Shown: positions 10,093 to 20,075 of the stretch, one piece after another | Layout of the letters: each line of letters starts with the position of its first letter | How positions within the stretch are numbered: position 1 is the first letter of the stretch | From: an uncultured Acidobacteriota bacterium | GTDB lineage: Bacteria; Acidobacteriota; JAQAZP01 | Direction of reading: 5' to 3' | Assembly: GCA_963836075.1 (NCBI GenBank) | Contig: CAWIIB010000001.1 | Span: 320,001 to 384,000 of the forward strand | DNA: 64,000 bases | Position numbers and translations under genes: made by a program | The notes under the pieces: model-generated | The model's database searches: none | The model's input: the letters and a program-made list of their open reading frames with translations, nothing else | Told to the model about the DNA's origin: nothing

Positions 10093-11007
10093 TCAGTCGC
10101 GGTCGATGCCCAGCTCGTTGAGCAGGCGGCCGTCTTCACGCCAACCGGGGCGGACCTTGACAAGCAGCTGCAGGTAGATCCGGACGCCCAGCAGCTGTTC
10201 CATGTCGCGGCGGGCAGCGGTCCCGATCTGTTTCAGCTGTTGTCCGCCCTTGCCGATGACGATGCCCTTCTGGGATTTCCGCTCCACCAGGATCACCGCG
10301 CCGATATGCAGCGTGCCGCCCTCGTTCTCCGGCTCCGCGAAAGTCTCCACCAGCACCGCGGTGACGTAGGGCAGTTCCTCCCGGGTCATGGTGATCACCT
10401 TTTCCCGGATGATTTCGGAGACCAGGCGCCGTTCGGGCTGGTCGGTGTAGATCTCTTCGTCGGGATAGAGTGCTGGGCCCGGCGGCAGGGCCGCCACCGC
10501 GGTCTCCAGCAGCAGCTCTTCGTTTTCGCCGGTGAGCGCGGAGAGCGGGATCACGGCACTGAAGGGGTAGAGCCCGCGGTAGGTGTCGATGAGCGGCAGC
10601 AGGCGCTGTTTCTCCAGCAGGTCGATCTTGTTCAGCACCAGCACCACCGGCGCCTTGCAGCGCTGCTCCAGGGTCTCGATGACGAACTGGTCACCCTTGC
10701 CGTAGGTCGTGGAGGCATCCACCAGCAACAGCACCAGGTCCACGTGTTCCAGGGCGTCCAGGGCCAGGGCCATCATCTGCCGGTTCATGCGGTAGAGCGG
10801 CTTGTGCACCCCGGGGGTGTCGAGGAAGATGATCTGGTGCGGACCGATGTTGCGGATGCCGCGGATCCGGTTGCGGGTGGTCTGCGGTACCGGGGTGACG
10901 ATGGCCACCTTCTCCCCCACCAGCCGGTTGATCAAGGTGGACTTGCCGGAATTGGGCCGTCCCACCAGGCTCACCACACCGCAGCGCGGTTCCTCGCCCC
11001 CGGTCAT
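10093..11007 (-). CDS. era: GTPase Era
   Basis: GRPNSGKST, PQTTR, DTPG, NKID and a KH domain with GIVIGKGG. Confidence 0.97.
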   Translation of the reverse strand: MTGGEEPRCGVVSLVGRPNSGKSTLINRLVGEKVAIVTPVPQTTRNRIRGIRNIGPHQIIFLDTPGVHKPLYRMNRQMMALALDALEHVDLVLLLVDASTTYGKGDQFVIETLEQRCKAPVVLVLNKIDLLEKQRLLPLIDTYRGLYPFSAVIPLSALTGENEELLLETAVAALPPGPALYPDEEIYTDQPERRLVSEIIREKVITMTREELPYVTAVLVETFAEPENEGGTLHIGAVILVERKSQKGIVIGKGGQQLKQIGTAARRDMEQLLGVRIYLQLLVKVRPGWREDGRLLNELGIDRD

Positions 11008-12278
11008 CGGCTCTCCTCCGCCAGCGGCCCGTTGAGCCTCAGCCGGTGGATCCTCCGCTCGTCAGCCTCGACGATTTCGATGGTCACGCCGTGGAAATCA
11101 AAGGTTTCGCCGGCTTCGGGGAAGTGGCCCAGCTGGGCGATGGCCAGGCCGCCCAGCGTATCGTAGTCGCCTTCGGTGTCGGGGAGACCGAACAGGTCGG
11201 TGAACTCGTCCACGTCGAGCATGGCGCCGGCGAGGAAGGAATCGTCGTCCTGACGCACCAGCAGCGGGTCCTCCTCGTCGTACTCGTCCTGGATCTCCCC
11301 CACGATCTCCTCCAGCAGGTCCTCCAGGGTCACCAGGCCGGCGGTGCCGCCATACTCGTCCACCACCACGGCCAGTTGCACCCGGTTCTCCTGAAACTCC
11401 TTGAGCAGCTCGTCGATCTTCTTTGTCTCGGGGACGAAGAGGGGCGGACGCAGCAGGTCGCCCACCGGCTCGTTATCCCGTCCCTCGCGCCAGGCCTCCA
11501 GCAGATCGCGGGCGTAGGCCACGCCGATGATACGGTCCATGGTGTCCTGGTAGACCGGGACCCGCGAGTGTTTCTCTTCACTCACCAGGTCGCGCAGGTC
11601 GGCAATGGTGGTCTCGCTGGAGGTGCAGATCATGTCGGTGCGCGGGGTCATCACCTCGCTGACCTGGGTCTCGCCGAAATCGACGATGCTGCGCAGCAGC
11701 TGGCTATCGTCCTCCTCCAGGATGCCCTCCTCTTCGCCCACGTCGATGAAGGCCTCCACTTCAGCCTCGCTGGGCTGGTCGTCCTCCCCGCCCTCGGCCG
11801 AGAAGTACGCCTGCAGTTTAAGCGGGACCAGGGTCAGGGGCATCAGGGCGAGGTAGAACGGCCGGACAAGGAACAGCGAACCGCGGAAAATCTGGTCGGC
11901 CCGGGCCGAGGCCACGGCCCGGGCCAGCAGGAACTCCACCACGAAGACCATGGCTGCCGAGCCGGCCAGCAGGCCGGCCACCCGGCCGGGGGTGATCTGA
12001 CCACCGGGGCAACCCACAAAGACCAGGGCCAGCAGCAGCAGGAAGAGCAGCTGCCGGGTCAGCCGGAGGGAGAGCTGCACTCGGTAGCCGTCGGCCACCA
12101 TGGCGGCCAGTCGGGGCTGAGCAGCGGCCAGATTTTCCTGCAGCTGTCGCTGCCGGATCCGCCAGCCGGCCCCGGTCCAGGCGGCGCAGATGGTGCTGAA
12201 TACAAGATAGGCCAGCAGGAGCAGCGACAGTCCGATCCACTGCAGCGGGGTGAATTGAATGAACACGCTGTTCACCAT
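11004..12278 (-). CDS. CNNM/CorC (hemolysin/TlyC family) CBS-domain membrane protein
   Basis: N-terminal TM domain, EVMTPR, HSRVPVY, VVDEYGGTAGLVTLEDLLEEIVGEIQDEYD and a C-terminal CorC domain. Confidence 0.88.
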   Translation of the reverse strand: MVNSVFIQFTPLQWIGLSLLLLAYLVFSTICAAWTGAGWRIRQRQLQENLAAAQPRLAAMVADGYRVQLSLRLTRQLLFLLLLALVFVGCPGGQITPGRVAGLLAGSAAMVFVVEFLLARAVASARADQIFRGSLFLVRPFYLALMPLTLVPLKLQAYFSAEGGEDDQPSEAEVEAFIDVGEEEGILEEDDSQLLRSIVDFGETQVSEVMTPRTDMICTSSETTIADLRDLVSEEKHSRVPVYQDTMDRIIGVAYARDLLEAWREGRDNEPVGDLLRPPLFVPETKKIDELLKEFQENRVQLAVVVDEYGGTAGLVTLEDLLEEIVGEIQDEYDEEDPLLVRQDDDSFLAGAMLDVDEFTDLFGLPDTEGDYDTLGGLAIAQLGHFPEAGETFDFHGVTIEIVEADERRIHRLRLNGPLAEESR

Positions 12279-12730
12279 TACGGCTGGCCCTCTACGAGAA
12301 TCTTCCGCAGGCGCGCTTCCTCACGTTCCATCTCCGATTCCTCTCCCCCGCCGTCGTGCTCCGGGTGATCCCGCCCCAGCAGGTGCAGAAACCCGTGGAG
12401 CAGCAGTATCCGCAGCTCGGTCCAGAGCGTGTGTCCTGCCTCTTCCGCCTGCTCCGCGGCCCGGGCGGGGCAAAGCACCAGGTCGCCGAGGTTCTGGATG
12501 CCGTCCGCTCCTGGCTCGCCGCCGAGGCCGAAGGAGAGCACGTCGGTCACCCGGTCGATATCCCGGTAGGTCCGGTTGTATTCCCGGATTCGGGCCTGAT
12601 CCACGAAAGCCACGCTCACCTCGTCGGCCGCGCAGTCCAGCTCCCGGGCCACCCGGCCGACATAATCGGCCGTGGCGTCACAATCCACCGGGTGATCGGA
12701 CTGCAGGTCGGTAACCGTCACCTCGATCAT
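12278..12730 (-). CDS. ybeY: rRNA maturation endoribonuclease YbeY
   Basis: N..YR..D..TDVLSF, LGDLV and HGFLHLLGRDH. Confidence 0.95.
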   Translation of the reverse strand: MIEVTVTDLQSDHPVDCDATADYVGRVARELDCAADEVSVAFVDQARIREYNRTYRDIDRVTDVLSFGLGGEPGADGIQNLGDLVLCPARAAEQAEEAGHTLWTELRILLLHGFLHLLGRDHPEHDGGGEESEMEREEARLRKILVEGQP

Positions 12731-15192
12731 GGCAGGTGCTTCCCTCCGGCGGTGCGCTGTTCGGCACCCGCCGCCGCTTCGCCGTTCCTGTTGCTCATCG
12801 GTTGAAAATTGAACCCCGGATAGTCGAGGCGCTGGTGGAAGATCCCGCCCAGGATGCGGAGGAACTGTCCGGAGATGGTCTCCAGATCCTTGAGCGTGAG
12901 GTTGCAGCTGTCCAGCTGGCCGTCCAGGGCGATGGTGCTGACGATTTTCTGCACCAGCCCCTTCAGACGGCTGGGGGACGGGTCGGTGAGCGTCCGGGAA
13001 GAGGCTTCCACCGCGTCGGCCAGCATGATCACGGCGGCTTCGTTGGACAGCGGCTTGGGACCGGGATAGCGGAAGTTCATCTCGTTGACCGCCTGGTCCT
13101 CTTCGCCGGCCTGTTCCTTGGCCTTGTTGAAAAAGAAGGTCATCAGCCGCGTCCCATGGTGCTGGGGGATGATGTCGATGATCGCCGGGACGATATTGTG
13201 CCGCGCCGCGATCTCCATGCCCTCCTTGACGTGGGCCACCAGGATCAGGGCGCTCATCCGCGGCGCCAGCCGGTCGTGTTTGTTCTCGGCGCTGCCGATG
13301 TTCTCGATGTAGTACTCCGGCTTGAGCATCTTGCCCACGTCGTGGTAGTAGGAGGCCACCCTGACAAAGAGGGCGTTGGCTCCGATGGCTTTGGCCGCCG
13401 CTTCGGCCAGGTGCCCGACGATCACGCTGTGGTGGTAGGTGCCAGGGGCGCGCAGGGCCAGCTCGCGCAGCAGCGGCGAGTCGAGGTTGGAGAGCTCCAG
13501 CAGCCGGAAGTCGGTCACCAGGTGGAACAGCGTCTCGAACAGCGGCAGGAAGACAAAAACCAGCAGGATGGCCAGGGCCCCGCCGGCAAAGGCACAGGCC
13601 ATCTCGAAAGGCAGCTGGAGGGAGAAGGTGAAATCGGGCTGCAGCATGGACAGCGTGCCCACCAGCAGCGCGTTGACCAGGCCCAGCACCAGCCCCGAGC
13701 GTATCAGCGCCGTGCGGCTGGTGTAGGCGATAGGCCCGTAGATGGCCATGAAATTACCGGCCAGCGAGAAAGCGGCCAGCGGAAAACTGCCGTCCAGCAG
13801 CAGCGCGGCCAGCAGGCTGTAGGCCACGGCAAACATCAGCGCCAGATTGCGGTTGGTGATCAGGCTGAGCAGCAGACCACCGAAGCTGAAGGGAATCATG
13901 TAGTAGTAGGATGAGAGGTTGTTGTATGGAAAACGGCTCAGACTCCCCCCCACGGCGTCGAAGATGAACAGGCTGAGTCCGGTGAGGGCCAGGGAGAGGG
14001 TGAGGACCATGAAGAGCAGGGAGTCGAGGTTGCGGAACTGGCTGAAGGCCTGGCGGTGGCTCTCCATGAAACGGAGCAGCGCGGCGAGGATCATCACCAG
14101 GATGAACGAGATCCCCAGCAGGTTCAGACCGCCCCACTGGAACTTCTGGACCTGGCGCATGGCCTCCAGCTGTTCCAGGACCCGCTCGGTGATCAGGTCG
14201 CCCTCGCGGACGATAATCTTGTTCCGCGGGATGTTGTAGGTCACTTCCGGTATGGCCGCCGCGGCCATTTCCTGCCGTGCCCGGGTTTCATTGCGGTTGT
14301 AGGTCAGCGGCGCCGGCAGTGTCTCGGCCAGAAAGTGCAGCAGGGTGTCCAGGTCCGAGGCCTGGAAACCGTCCAGCCGCTGCCCCACCGACACCAGCCG
14401 GCTGCGCAGGTTGGCCCGGTCGCCGATGGCGTTGATGTCCCCATAGAGCACTTCCCCCCCGGTGAACACATCGATGGCGGTGAGCCCCCGCTCCCCTCCA
14501 CGGCGGCGCAGTGTTTCCCGGTCCTCCACAAAGGGGACGGCCAGCCCGAACGCCCCGGCCTGCTGCGCGGCATCCAGCAGACGCTGGTCGAAATCGTACT
14601 GGTAGAAGAGGGTCAGCGTGGTGTCGCCCAGGGAGAACGGCGACATCTCGTCGAGAATGTTGAGCAGTTCGGCAGTCAGCGGGATTTTTCCGCTGGCTGC
14701 GGAGTCCGGGTCGCCGAGGTCAGCGAGCGGCTCAGCCGGGGTGCCGGGAACGGTGATGGTCAACGGGTCGGAGGTGACCCCGCGGGCCGACTGCAGGAAG
14801 TCATCCAGCCGGGCCAGGTAGCCGTCCAGGGCCCGGCTGTCCAGGTCGTAGACCGGCTGCACTTCACGACGCGCTTCGTCACGGCGCTCGTCGGTGATGC
14901 CGGGGTCGGGAACGGCGAAGGCCACCGGCGCCCGCACGTCCTCCCGGGCCACCTGCCCCACCTGGTATTCCGGGTAGTTGGGCCGGTAATGCAGGTAGAA
15001 CAGCCCCAGGCTGCCGATGAGAAAAACCATCATCCAGATGGGGCCCAGGGCCACGCCCCGCTGGACCAGCCGCTGCACGGAATTCCGCAGGCGTCCGGCC
15101 AGAGTCCGGGGTTTGAGGGTCCGGGAGCGTTCCGCCGGCCGCGTCTTCTTCTCCGACCCGCCGCCCTGGTTTTTTCGTTTCTTTTCGGCCAT
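12727..15192 (-). CDS. 7TM receptor with HD domain, PgpH-like c-di-AMP phosphodiesterase
   Basis: Extracellular 7TMR-HDED domain, seven TM helices, APGTYHHS, YYHDVGK, QHHGT, FRYPGPKP and MLADAVEA; sits between phoH and ybeY as pgpH does. Confidence 0.88.
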   Translation of the reverse strand: MAEKKRKNQGGGSEKKTRPAERSRTLKPRTLAGRLRNSVQRLVQRGVALGPIWMMVFLIGSLGLFYLHYRPNYPEYQVGQVAREDVRAPVAFAVPDPGITDERRDEARREVQPVYDLDSRALDGYLARLDDFLQSARGVTSDPLTITVPGTPAEPLADLGDPDSAASGKIPLTAELLNILDEMSPFSLGDTTLTLFYQYDFDQRLLDAAQQAGAFGLAVPFVEDRETLRRRGGERGLTAIDVFTGGEVLYGDINAIGDRANLRSRLVSVGQRLDGFQASDLDTLLHFLAETLPAPLTYNRNETRARQEMAAAAIPEVTYNIPRNKIIVREGDLITERVLEQLEAMRQVQKFQWGGLNLLGISFILVMILAALLRFMESHRQAFSQFRNLDSLLFMVLTLSLALTGLSLFIFDAVGGSLSRFPYNNLSSYYYMIPFSFGGLLLSLITNRNLALMFAVAYSLLAALLLDGSFPLAAFSLAGNFMAIYGPIAYTSRTALIRSGLVLGLVNALLVGTLSMLQPDFTFSLQLPFEMACAFAGGALAILLVFVFLPLFETLFHLVTDFRLLELSNLDSPLLRELALRAPGTYHHSVIVGHLAEAAAKAIGANALFVRVASYYHDVGKMLKPEYYIENIGSAENKHDRLAPRMSALILVAHVKEGMEIAARHNIVPAIIDIIPQHHGTRLMTFFFNKAKEQAGEEDQAVNEMNFRYPGPKPLSNEAAVIMLADAVEASSRTLTDPSPSRLKGLVQKIVSTIALDGQLDSCNLTLKDLETISGQFLRILGGIFHQRLDYPGFNFQPMSNRNGEAAAGAEQRTAGGKHLP

Positions 15193-15200
15193 GGTTCAGA

Positions 15201-16256
15201 TCACCCGTCATCTCCGGAATGTTCCTCCCGGGGCGGCCTGTTGTGGGCCGGTCGGGCGCGTCGACGCCGGTCATGGAGGCTCGAACGGGGTTTGCGTCCT
15301 GCCGGGGGCGAGGCTTGATTGATCCCCGCTTCGTAGGCCAGAATAATCTTTTGCACCAGCGTGTGACGCACCACGTCCGATTCATCGAAATGGACGAAAC
15401 CGATACCCTCGATCCCCCCCATCAGGTCCCGGGCCTCCACCAGACCGGACCGCTTGCCCCGGGGCAGGTCAACCTGGGTGATGTCGCCGGTGATCACCGC
15501 CTTGGAACTGAAACCCAGGCGGGTGAGAAACATCTTCATCTGTTCGCTGGTGGTGTTCTGCGCCTCGTCGAGGATCAGGAAACTGTCATTGAGCGTCCGG
15601 CCGCGCATGTAGGCCAGCGGCGCAATCTCGATCACCCCGCGGTCCAGCAGCCGGTGGGCCCGTTCGTTCTCCATCAGGTCGTTCAGCGCATCGTACAGCG
15701 GACGGAGGTAGGGATCGATCTTTTCCGAGAGCGTACCCGGCAGATAGCCCAGCCGCTCCCCGGCTTCCACCGCCGGGCGGGTGAGCACGATGCGCGACAC
15801 CTCGTTGCCGTTGAGATGGGCCACGGCCATGGCCATGGCCAGGTATGTCTTGCCGGTGCCGGCGGGGCCGATGCCAAAGACCATGTCGTTGGAGCGGATC
15901 GACTCCAGGTAGCGTTTCTGATTGGGACTCTTGGGGTGAACGATTTTTTTCATTGAAGGCTGGAGCGGGGACTCCACCAGCATCTGGCGCAGGGAGGCAT
16001 CAGGGTCCCGCTGCAGCAGTTGGACGCTGGTCTCGAAATCCGCCCGCTTCAGCGGGTAGCCTTCCTGTACCAGGGCGGACAGCTGCCGCAGCAAGCTCTC
16101 CACCCGGGCCACCTGTCCGGCCTCTCCCTCAAGGAAGATATTGGGACCCCTGGCGGAGATGGACACCCGAAAGGCCTCTTCGATCTGCTTGAGGTTGCGA
16201 TCGAAGCTGCCGAACAGGGTGGCGATACCTTCTTCGGAAACCAGTAATTTTTCCAT
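15201..16256 (-). CDS. phoH: PhoH-family ATPase (YbeZ-like)
   Basis: [33 protein letters not shown] and DVVRH. Confidence 0.93.
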   Translation of the reverse strand: MEKLLVSEEGIATLFGSFDRNLKQIEEAFRVSISARGPNIFLEGEAGQVARVESLLRQLSALVQEGYPLKRADFETSVQLLQRDPDASLRQMLVESPLQPSMKKIVHPKSPNQKRYLESIRSNDMVFGIGPAGTGKTYLAMAMAVAHLNGNEVSRIVLTRPAVEAGERLGYLPGTLSEKIDPYLRPLYDALNDLMENERAHRLLDRGVIEIAPLAYMRGRTLNDSFLILDEAQNTTSEQMKMFLTRLGFSSKAVITGDITQVDLPRGKRSGLVEARDLMGGIEGIGFVHFDESDVVRHTLVQKIILAYEAGINQASPPAGRKPRSSLHDRRRRARPAHNRPPREEHSGDDG

Positions 16257-16305
16257 GCGCGCTTCTGTTGGCGGCGCCGTTGCGAACCGCTACGTCCCGA
16301 AAAGT

Positions 16306-16334
16306 ACAGTAACAGGCACTGTCGACCGAGTCAA
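16306..16334 (-). promoter_or_regulatory. Putative sigma70 promoter for the phoH operon
   Basis: Minus strand TTGACT-17 nt-TACTGT with an extended -10 TG. Confidence 0.55.
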
Positions 16335-16347
16335 CGGAGCGCTCCGC

Positions 16348-18183
16348 TCACCCTTTCGTGCTGCCTCCCCCCCCGTCCAGGCCAAGCTCGGCCAGTTGCC
16401 CGCGGTTGGCCCCCGCCGGAGCCCCGGTGAGCGGGCAGATCCCGCTGGTGGTTTTGGGGAACGGGATCACCTCACGGATGGACGATTCTCCGGCCAGCAC
16501 CATCACCAGGCGGTCCAGGCCCAGGGCGATACCCCCGTGGGGCGGGGCCCCGTATTTGAGAGCGTCGAGCAGGAAGCCGAATTTTTCCTGTGCTTCAGCT
16601 TCGCCGATGCCCAGCAGGTTGAATACCCGCTGCTGGACGTCGGGGCGGTGGATCCTTATCGAACCGCCGCCGATCTCCAGACCGTTGACCACAATATCGT
16701 AGGCCATGGAACGCACGGCAAGCGGGTCTGACTCGAGCAGGGACATGTCTTCAGGCATGGGTGCGGTAAAGGGATGGTGCACCGCCACGCAGCGCTGTTC
16801 CTCATCGTCGTAGTCGAAGAGCGGGAACTCGGTGACCCAGAGAAAGGCGAAGCTGTCCGTATCGATCAACCCGCGCTCCTCGGCCACGGTCAGGCGCAGT
16901 TCGCCCAGCACCCGCTGGGCCACGGGCCGGCGGTCGGCCACCAGCAGCAGCAGGTCGCCTTCAGCGGAGCCGCAGGCCCGGGCCAGGGCCCCGGCGCCCT
17001 CCTCGCCGATGAACTTGAGCACCGGCGAGGCATACTGCCCACCCTCGGCGATTTTGAGCCAGATCAGTCCACCGGCACCCGATTTCTTCGCCTGGTCGGT
17101 GAGACGGTCCAGTTTGCTCCGGGAGAGGTCGGCGCCGCCGGGGACCGGCAGGGCAACCACGGCCCCACCGCCGGAAACGGTGTCGCGGAACAGACGGAAG
17201 TCAGAACCGCAAACCGTGTCGGAGACGTCCACCAGCTGCAGCGGGTTGCGCAGGTCGGGCCGATCGGTGCCGTAACGTTCCATGGCCTCGCGGTAGGTCA
17301 GCCGCAGCAACGGGGCGTGCGGATCGACATCCACCAGCCGGAACAGCACGTCGAGCAACTCCTCCACCGTGGTGATCACCTCATCGGGGGTCACGAATGA
17401 CATCTCCATATCCAGCTGGGTGAACTCCGGCTGCCGGTCCGCACGGAAATCCTCGTCCCGGAAACACTTGACCACCTGGTAGTAGCGGTCGAGGCCGGCC
17501 ACCATCAGCAGCTGCTTGAACAGCTGTGGAGACTGCGGCAGGGCATAGAACCGCCCGTCGTGCAGTCGCGAGGGAACGAGGAAGTCCCGCGCCCCCTCGG
17601 GGGTGGCCTTGGTCAGGGTGGGGGTCTCCACCTCCACAAAGCCCTTTTCCCGCAGGCGCTGCCGGATGGTGTGGGAGACCTCGTCCCGCAGCAGCAGGTT
17701 GCCCAGCATCCGCTTGCGCCGGAGGTCGATGTAGCGGTAGCGCATGCGCAGTTCGTCAGACTCGTCCTCCTCCTTGGTCACCAGAATGGGCGGCGGCAGG
17801 GAGACGTTGAGCACAGCCAGCTGGTGCACCTGAACCTCCACTTTGCCGGTGGCCATGTCGGGGTTGGCCATGCCCTCGGCCCGGGCGGCCACCACGCCGC
17901 CCACCGCCACCACGAATTCCGGCCGCAGCTGCCGGGCCCGGGCGTAGAGGTCAGGGTCGCCTTCGCGGTCGAAGACCACCTGAACGATGCCGCTGCGATC
18001 ACGGAGGTCGATAAAAATCAGCGAACCGAGGTCCCGGCGGCGGGCCACCCAGCCCATCAGCTGAACCGCCGCTCCCATGGTCTTCTCGCCCAGCTCACCG
18101 CAGTGGTGGGAGCGCCGCAGATCGCCCAGGTCCTGGATGGCGATATCCTCGTGCACCTTGTCCTTGGCCGCGTCTTCACCCAT
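16348..18183 (-). CDS. aspS: Aspartyl-tRNA synthetase
   Basis: RSHHCG, RRDLGSLIFIDLRD, TPEGARDF, ALPQSPQLFKQ, FRDED.RADRQPEFTQ and GAPPHGG.A.GLDR. The start could be 18183 or 18192. Confidence 0.97.
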   Translation of the reverse strand: MGEDAAKDKVHEDIAIQDLGDLRRSHHCGELGEKTMGAAVQLMGWVARRRDLGSLIFIDLRDRSGIVQVVFDREGDPDLYARARQLRPEFVVAVGGVVAARAEGMANPDMATGKVEVQVHQLAVLNVSLPPPILVTKEEDESDELRMRYRYIDLRRKRMLGNLLLRDEVSHTIRQRLREKGFVEVETPTLTKATPEGARDFLVPSRLHDGRFYALPQSPQLFKQLLMVAGLDRYYQVVKCFRDEDFRADRQPEFTQLDMEMSFVTPDEVITTVEELLDVLFRLVDVDPHAPLLRLTYREAMERYGTDRPDLRNPLQLVDVSDTVCGSDFRLFRDTVSGGGAVVALPVPGGADLSRSKLDRLTDQAKKSGAGGLIWLKIAEGGQYASPVLKFIGEEGAGALARACGSAEGDLLLLVADRRPVAQRVLGELRLTVAEERGLIDTDSFAFLWVTEFPLFDYDDEEQRCVAVHHPFTAPMPEDMSLLESDPLAVRSMAYDIVVNGLEIGGGSIRIHRPDVQQRVFNLLGIGEAEAQEKFGFLLDALKYGAPPHGGIALGLDRLVMVLAGESSIREVIPFPKTTSGICPLTGAPAGANRGQLAELGLDGGGGSTKG

Positions 18184-18212
18184 GTTCCTCATTCCTTACA
18201 CGGGGGCGGATC

Positions 18213-18740
18213 TCAGATCTCGCCCCGCAGAGCTTTTTTCGTGTGTTCCAGATACCTGTCCGTGATCCGGGAGACCAGCTCCCGCTGCTTGCGGTCCAGC
18301 GGCCCCTTGATCCGCCCCGGCAGACCGGCCACCAGGGAACCGGGGGGCACGATCATTCCCTCGGTCACGACGCAGCCGGCAGCAACCAGCGACCCCCGTC
18401 CCACGGTTGCGCCGTCCAGCACCATGGCGCCGATGCCGATCAGGCAGCCGTCCTCGATGACGCAACCATGAACCATGGCGCCGTGGGCCAGGCTCACCCG
18501 GTCACCGATGCGCACCGGGTGGACCCCGCCGGTGACGTGGATCACGGCTCCGTCCTGGACGTTGCTGTCCCGGCCGATGCGGATGTAGTCGATATCGCCG
18601 CGGACCACCGCGTTGTGCCAGACGCTGGCCCCGTCACCCAGCACCACGTCACCGGTGACCACGGCGCTGGGCGCCACATAGACGCCGCTGCCCAACCGGG
18701 GGCGGGCCGCCGGGTCAAAGACCGGAGTCCGCCCGCTCAC
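18213..18740 (-). CDS. Gamma-carbonic anhydrase family hexapeptide-repeat protein
   Basis: AVVRGD, SNVQDG.VIH and HGAMVHG. The GTG start overlaps the upstream stop. Confidence 0.88.
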   Translation of the reverse strand: MSGRTPVFDPAARPRLGSGVYVAPSAVVTGDVVLGDGASVWHNAVVRGDIDYIRIGRDSNVQDGAVIHVTGGVHPVRIGDRVSLAHGAMVHGCVIEDGCLIGIGAMVLDGATVGRGSLVAAGCVVTEGMIVPPGSLVAGLPGRIKGPLDRKQRELVSRITDRYLEHTKKALRGEI

Positions 18741-19294
18741 AGGCCGATCTCGCCGCTGACGCCCTTCATCGCCTCGAGGCTCAGTTCGATGAACTCGTCC
18801 AGCGGCACGCCGGCCTTCTCGCATTCCCTGATCTGGTCCCTGCTGACGTTGCGGGCGAACGCCTTTTCCTTTATCCGCTTGCGGATCGACTTCGGTTTGA
18901 CCCCCTCCAGCTTTTTGTCAGGCCTGACCAGGGCCGCGGCCACGATCAGCCCGGTGATGCTCTCACTGCAGCTGAGGGCGAAATCCAGCTCGCTCTCCCG
19001 CTGCAGCCCCAGCGATTCAGCGTTGTGCGCCCGGATGGCCTGCAGCGCCTCGGCGGGCAGCCCGCTCTGCTCCAGCCACTGGGTGGTCCGCAACCCGTGA
19101 ATTTCAGGGGTTTCCTTGGTCTGGTCAAAATCGAGGTCGTGGAGCAGCCCCACCAGGCCCCACAGCTCCTCGTCCCGTCCCAGTCGCCGGGCCATGGCGC
19201 GGATCACCGCTTCGGCGGCCAGGCAGTGCTTGACCAGCCAGTCGGTATCGGTTTTCGAGGTCAGCAGTTCGAGGGCCCCGGCTCTGTCGATCAT
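18737..19294 (-). CDS. HDIG-domain metal-dependent hydrolase
   Basis: KHCL, GLLHDLD, AIRAHN and KEKAFARNVSR. Confidence 0.85.
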   Translation of the reverse strand: MIDRAGALELLTSKTDTDWLVKHCLAAEAVIRAMARRLGRDEELWGLVGLLHDLDFDQTKETPEIHGLRTTQWLEQSGLPAEALQAIRAHNAESLGLQRESELDFALSCSESITGLIVAAALVRPDKKLEGVKPKSIRKRIKEKAFARNVSRDQIRECEKAGVPLDEFIELSLEAMKGVSGEIGL

Positions 19295-19315
19295 CGATGG
19301 TCTCCCAGGTTCGGT

Positions 19316-19654
19316 TCAGCTGGACCGGAGGAACTCGGCGAAATCGATTCCGCTGCGGTCGTGGAAGCGCTGCCCGCAGGAGGGCAGCGTTCCGGCCGGT
19401 TCGTCGAGGAGGATCCGTTCGATGCGCATGGCCGGGATGAACATGGTGGAGAGCACCGGCCCGAAACCCTCGTCAGCACTGCCCGCCGCTGCCTGGCTGA
19501 CCAGGTCGTCGAAGGAATTGATGTCGATTCCCCGCAGCTGCGCCCCCAGGCTGTCCAGTTTGAGGAGCAGGCCGAGAAACTTTTCCCGCGGCTGCTGCAG
19601 ATTGACAATCACCACCGAACCGGCGGAGATGGTGTGGTCCTGTGGATCGGTCAT
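19316..19654 (-). CDS. Hypothetical small beta-rich protein (possibly Sm-like)
   Basis: 112-aa ORF coupled to mce by an ATGA overlap; no family recognised. Confidence 0.7.
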   Translation of the reverse strand: MTDPQDHTISAGSVVIVNLQQPREKFLGLLLKLDSLGAQLRGIDINSFDDLVSQAAAGSADEGFGPVLSTMFIPAMRIERILLDEPAGTLPSCGQRFHDRSGIDFAEFLRSS

Positions 19655-20067
19655 TCCGCCTCCCCCTCCGCAGCGGGCTGGCTCAGTTCCACCAGCACGC
19701 CGGAGGCCGATGCCGGATGGACAAAAGCCACCCGGCAGCCGCCGGCACCCGCCACCGGCTCACTGTTGATAAGACGAATGCCGGCCTTTTTCAGTTCGGC
19801 CAGGCGGCCTTCGAGGTCCTCGACCTGCAGGCAGACGTGGTGGACGCCCTGGCCCCGTTTGATGAGAAACCGGGCGATGGGCGACTGGGGGCCGGTGGGC
19901 TGCAGCAGCTCGATGCGGCTCGGCCCCACGTCGATGAAGGCCACCTCCACCTGCTGGCTGGCCACGGTCTCCCGTCCGGTGCAGACGAGGCCCAGTGCCT
20001 CGTAGAACCCCAGCCCCTCCTCCAGCGAAGGCACGGCGATGCCGATGTGATCGATCTTGCGAACCAT
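19651..20067 (-). CDS. mce: Methylmalonyl-CoA epimerase (VOC family)
   Basis: IDHIGIAV, IELLQP, G.HHVC, VAFVHP and GVLVEL. ATG at 20067 follows an RBS. Confidence 0.9.
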   Translation of the reverse strand: MVRKIDHIGIAVPSLEEGLGFYEALGLVCTGRETVASQQVEVAFIDVGPSRIELLQPTGPQSPIARFLIKRGQGVHHVCLQVEDLEGRLAELKKAGIRLINSEPVAGAGGCRVAFVHPASASGVLVELSQPAAEGEAE

Positions 20068-20075
20068 GGCCGTCC

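Noticed and set aside
16348-18183. Calling AspRS discriminating or non-discriminating
   Set aside because: The markers conflict (RRDLG like E. coli, but AEG like non-discriminating enzymes); it cannot be resolved without gatCAB/asnS data.
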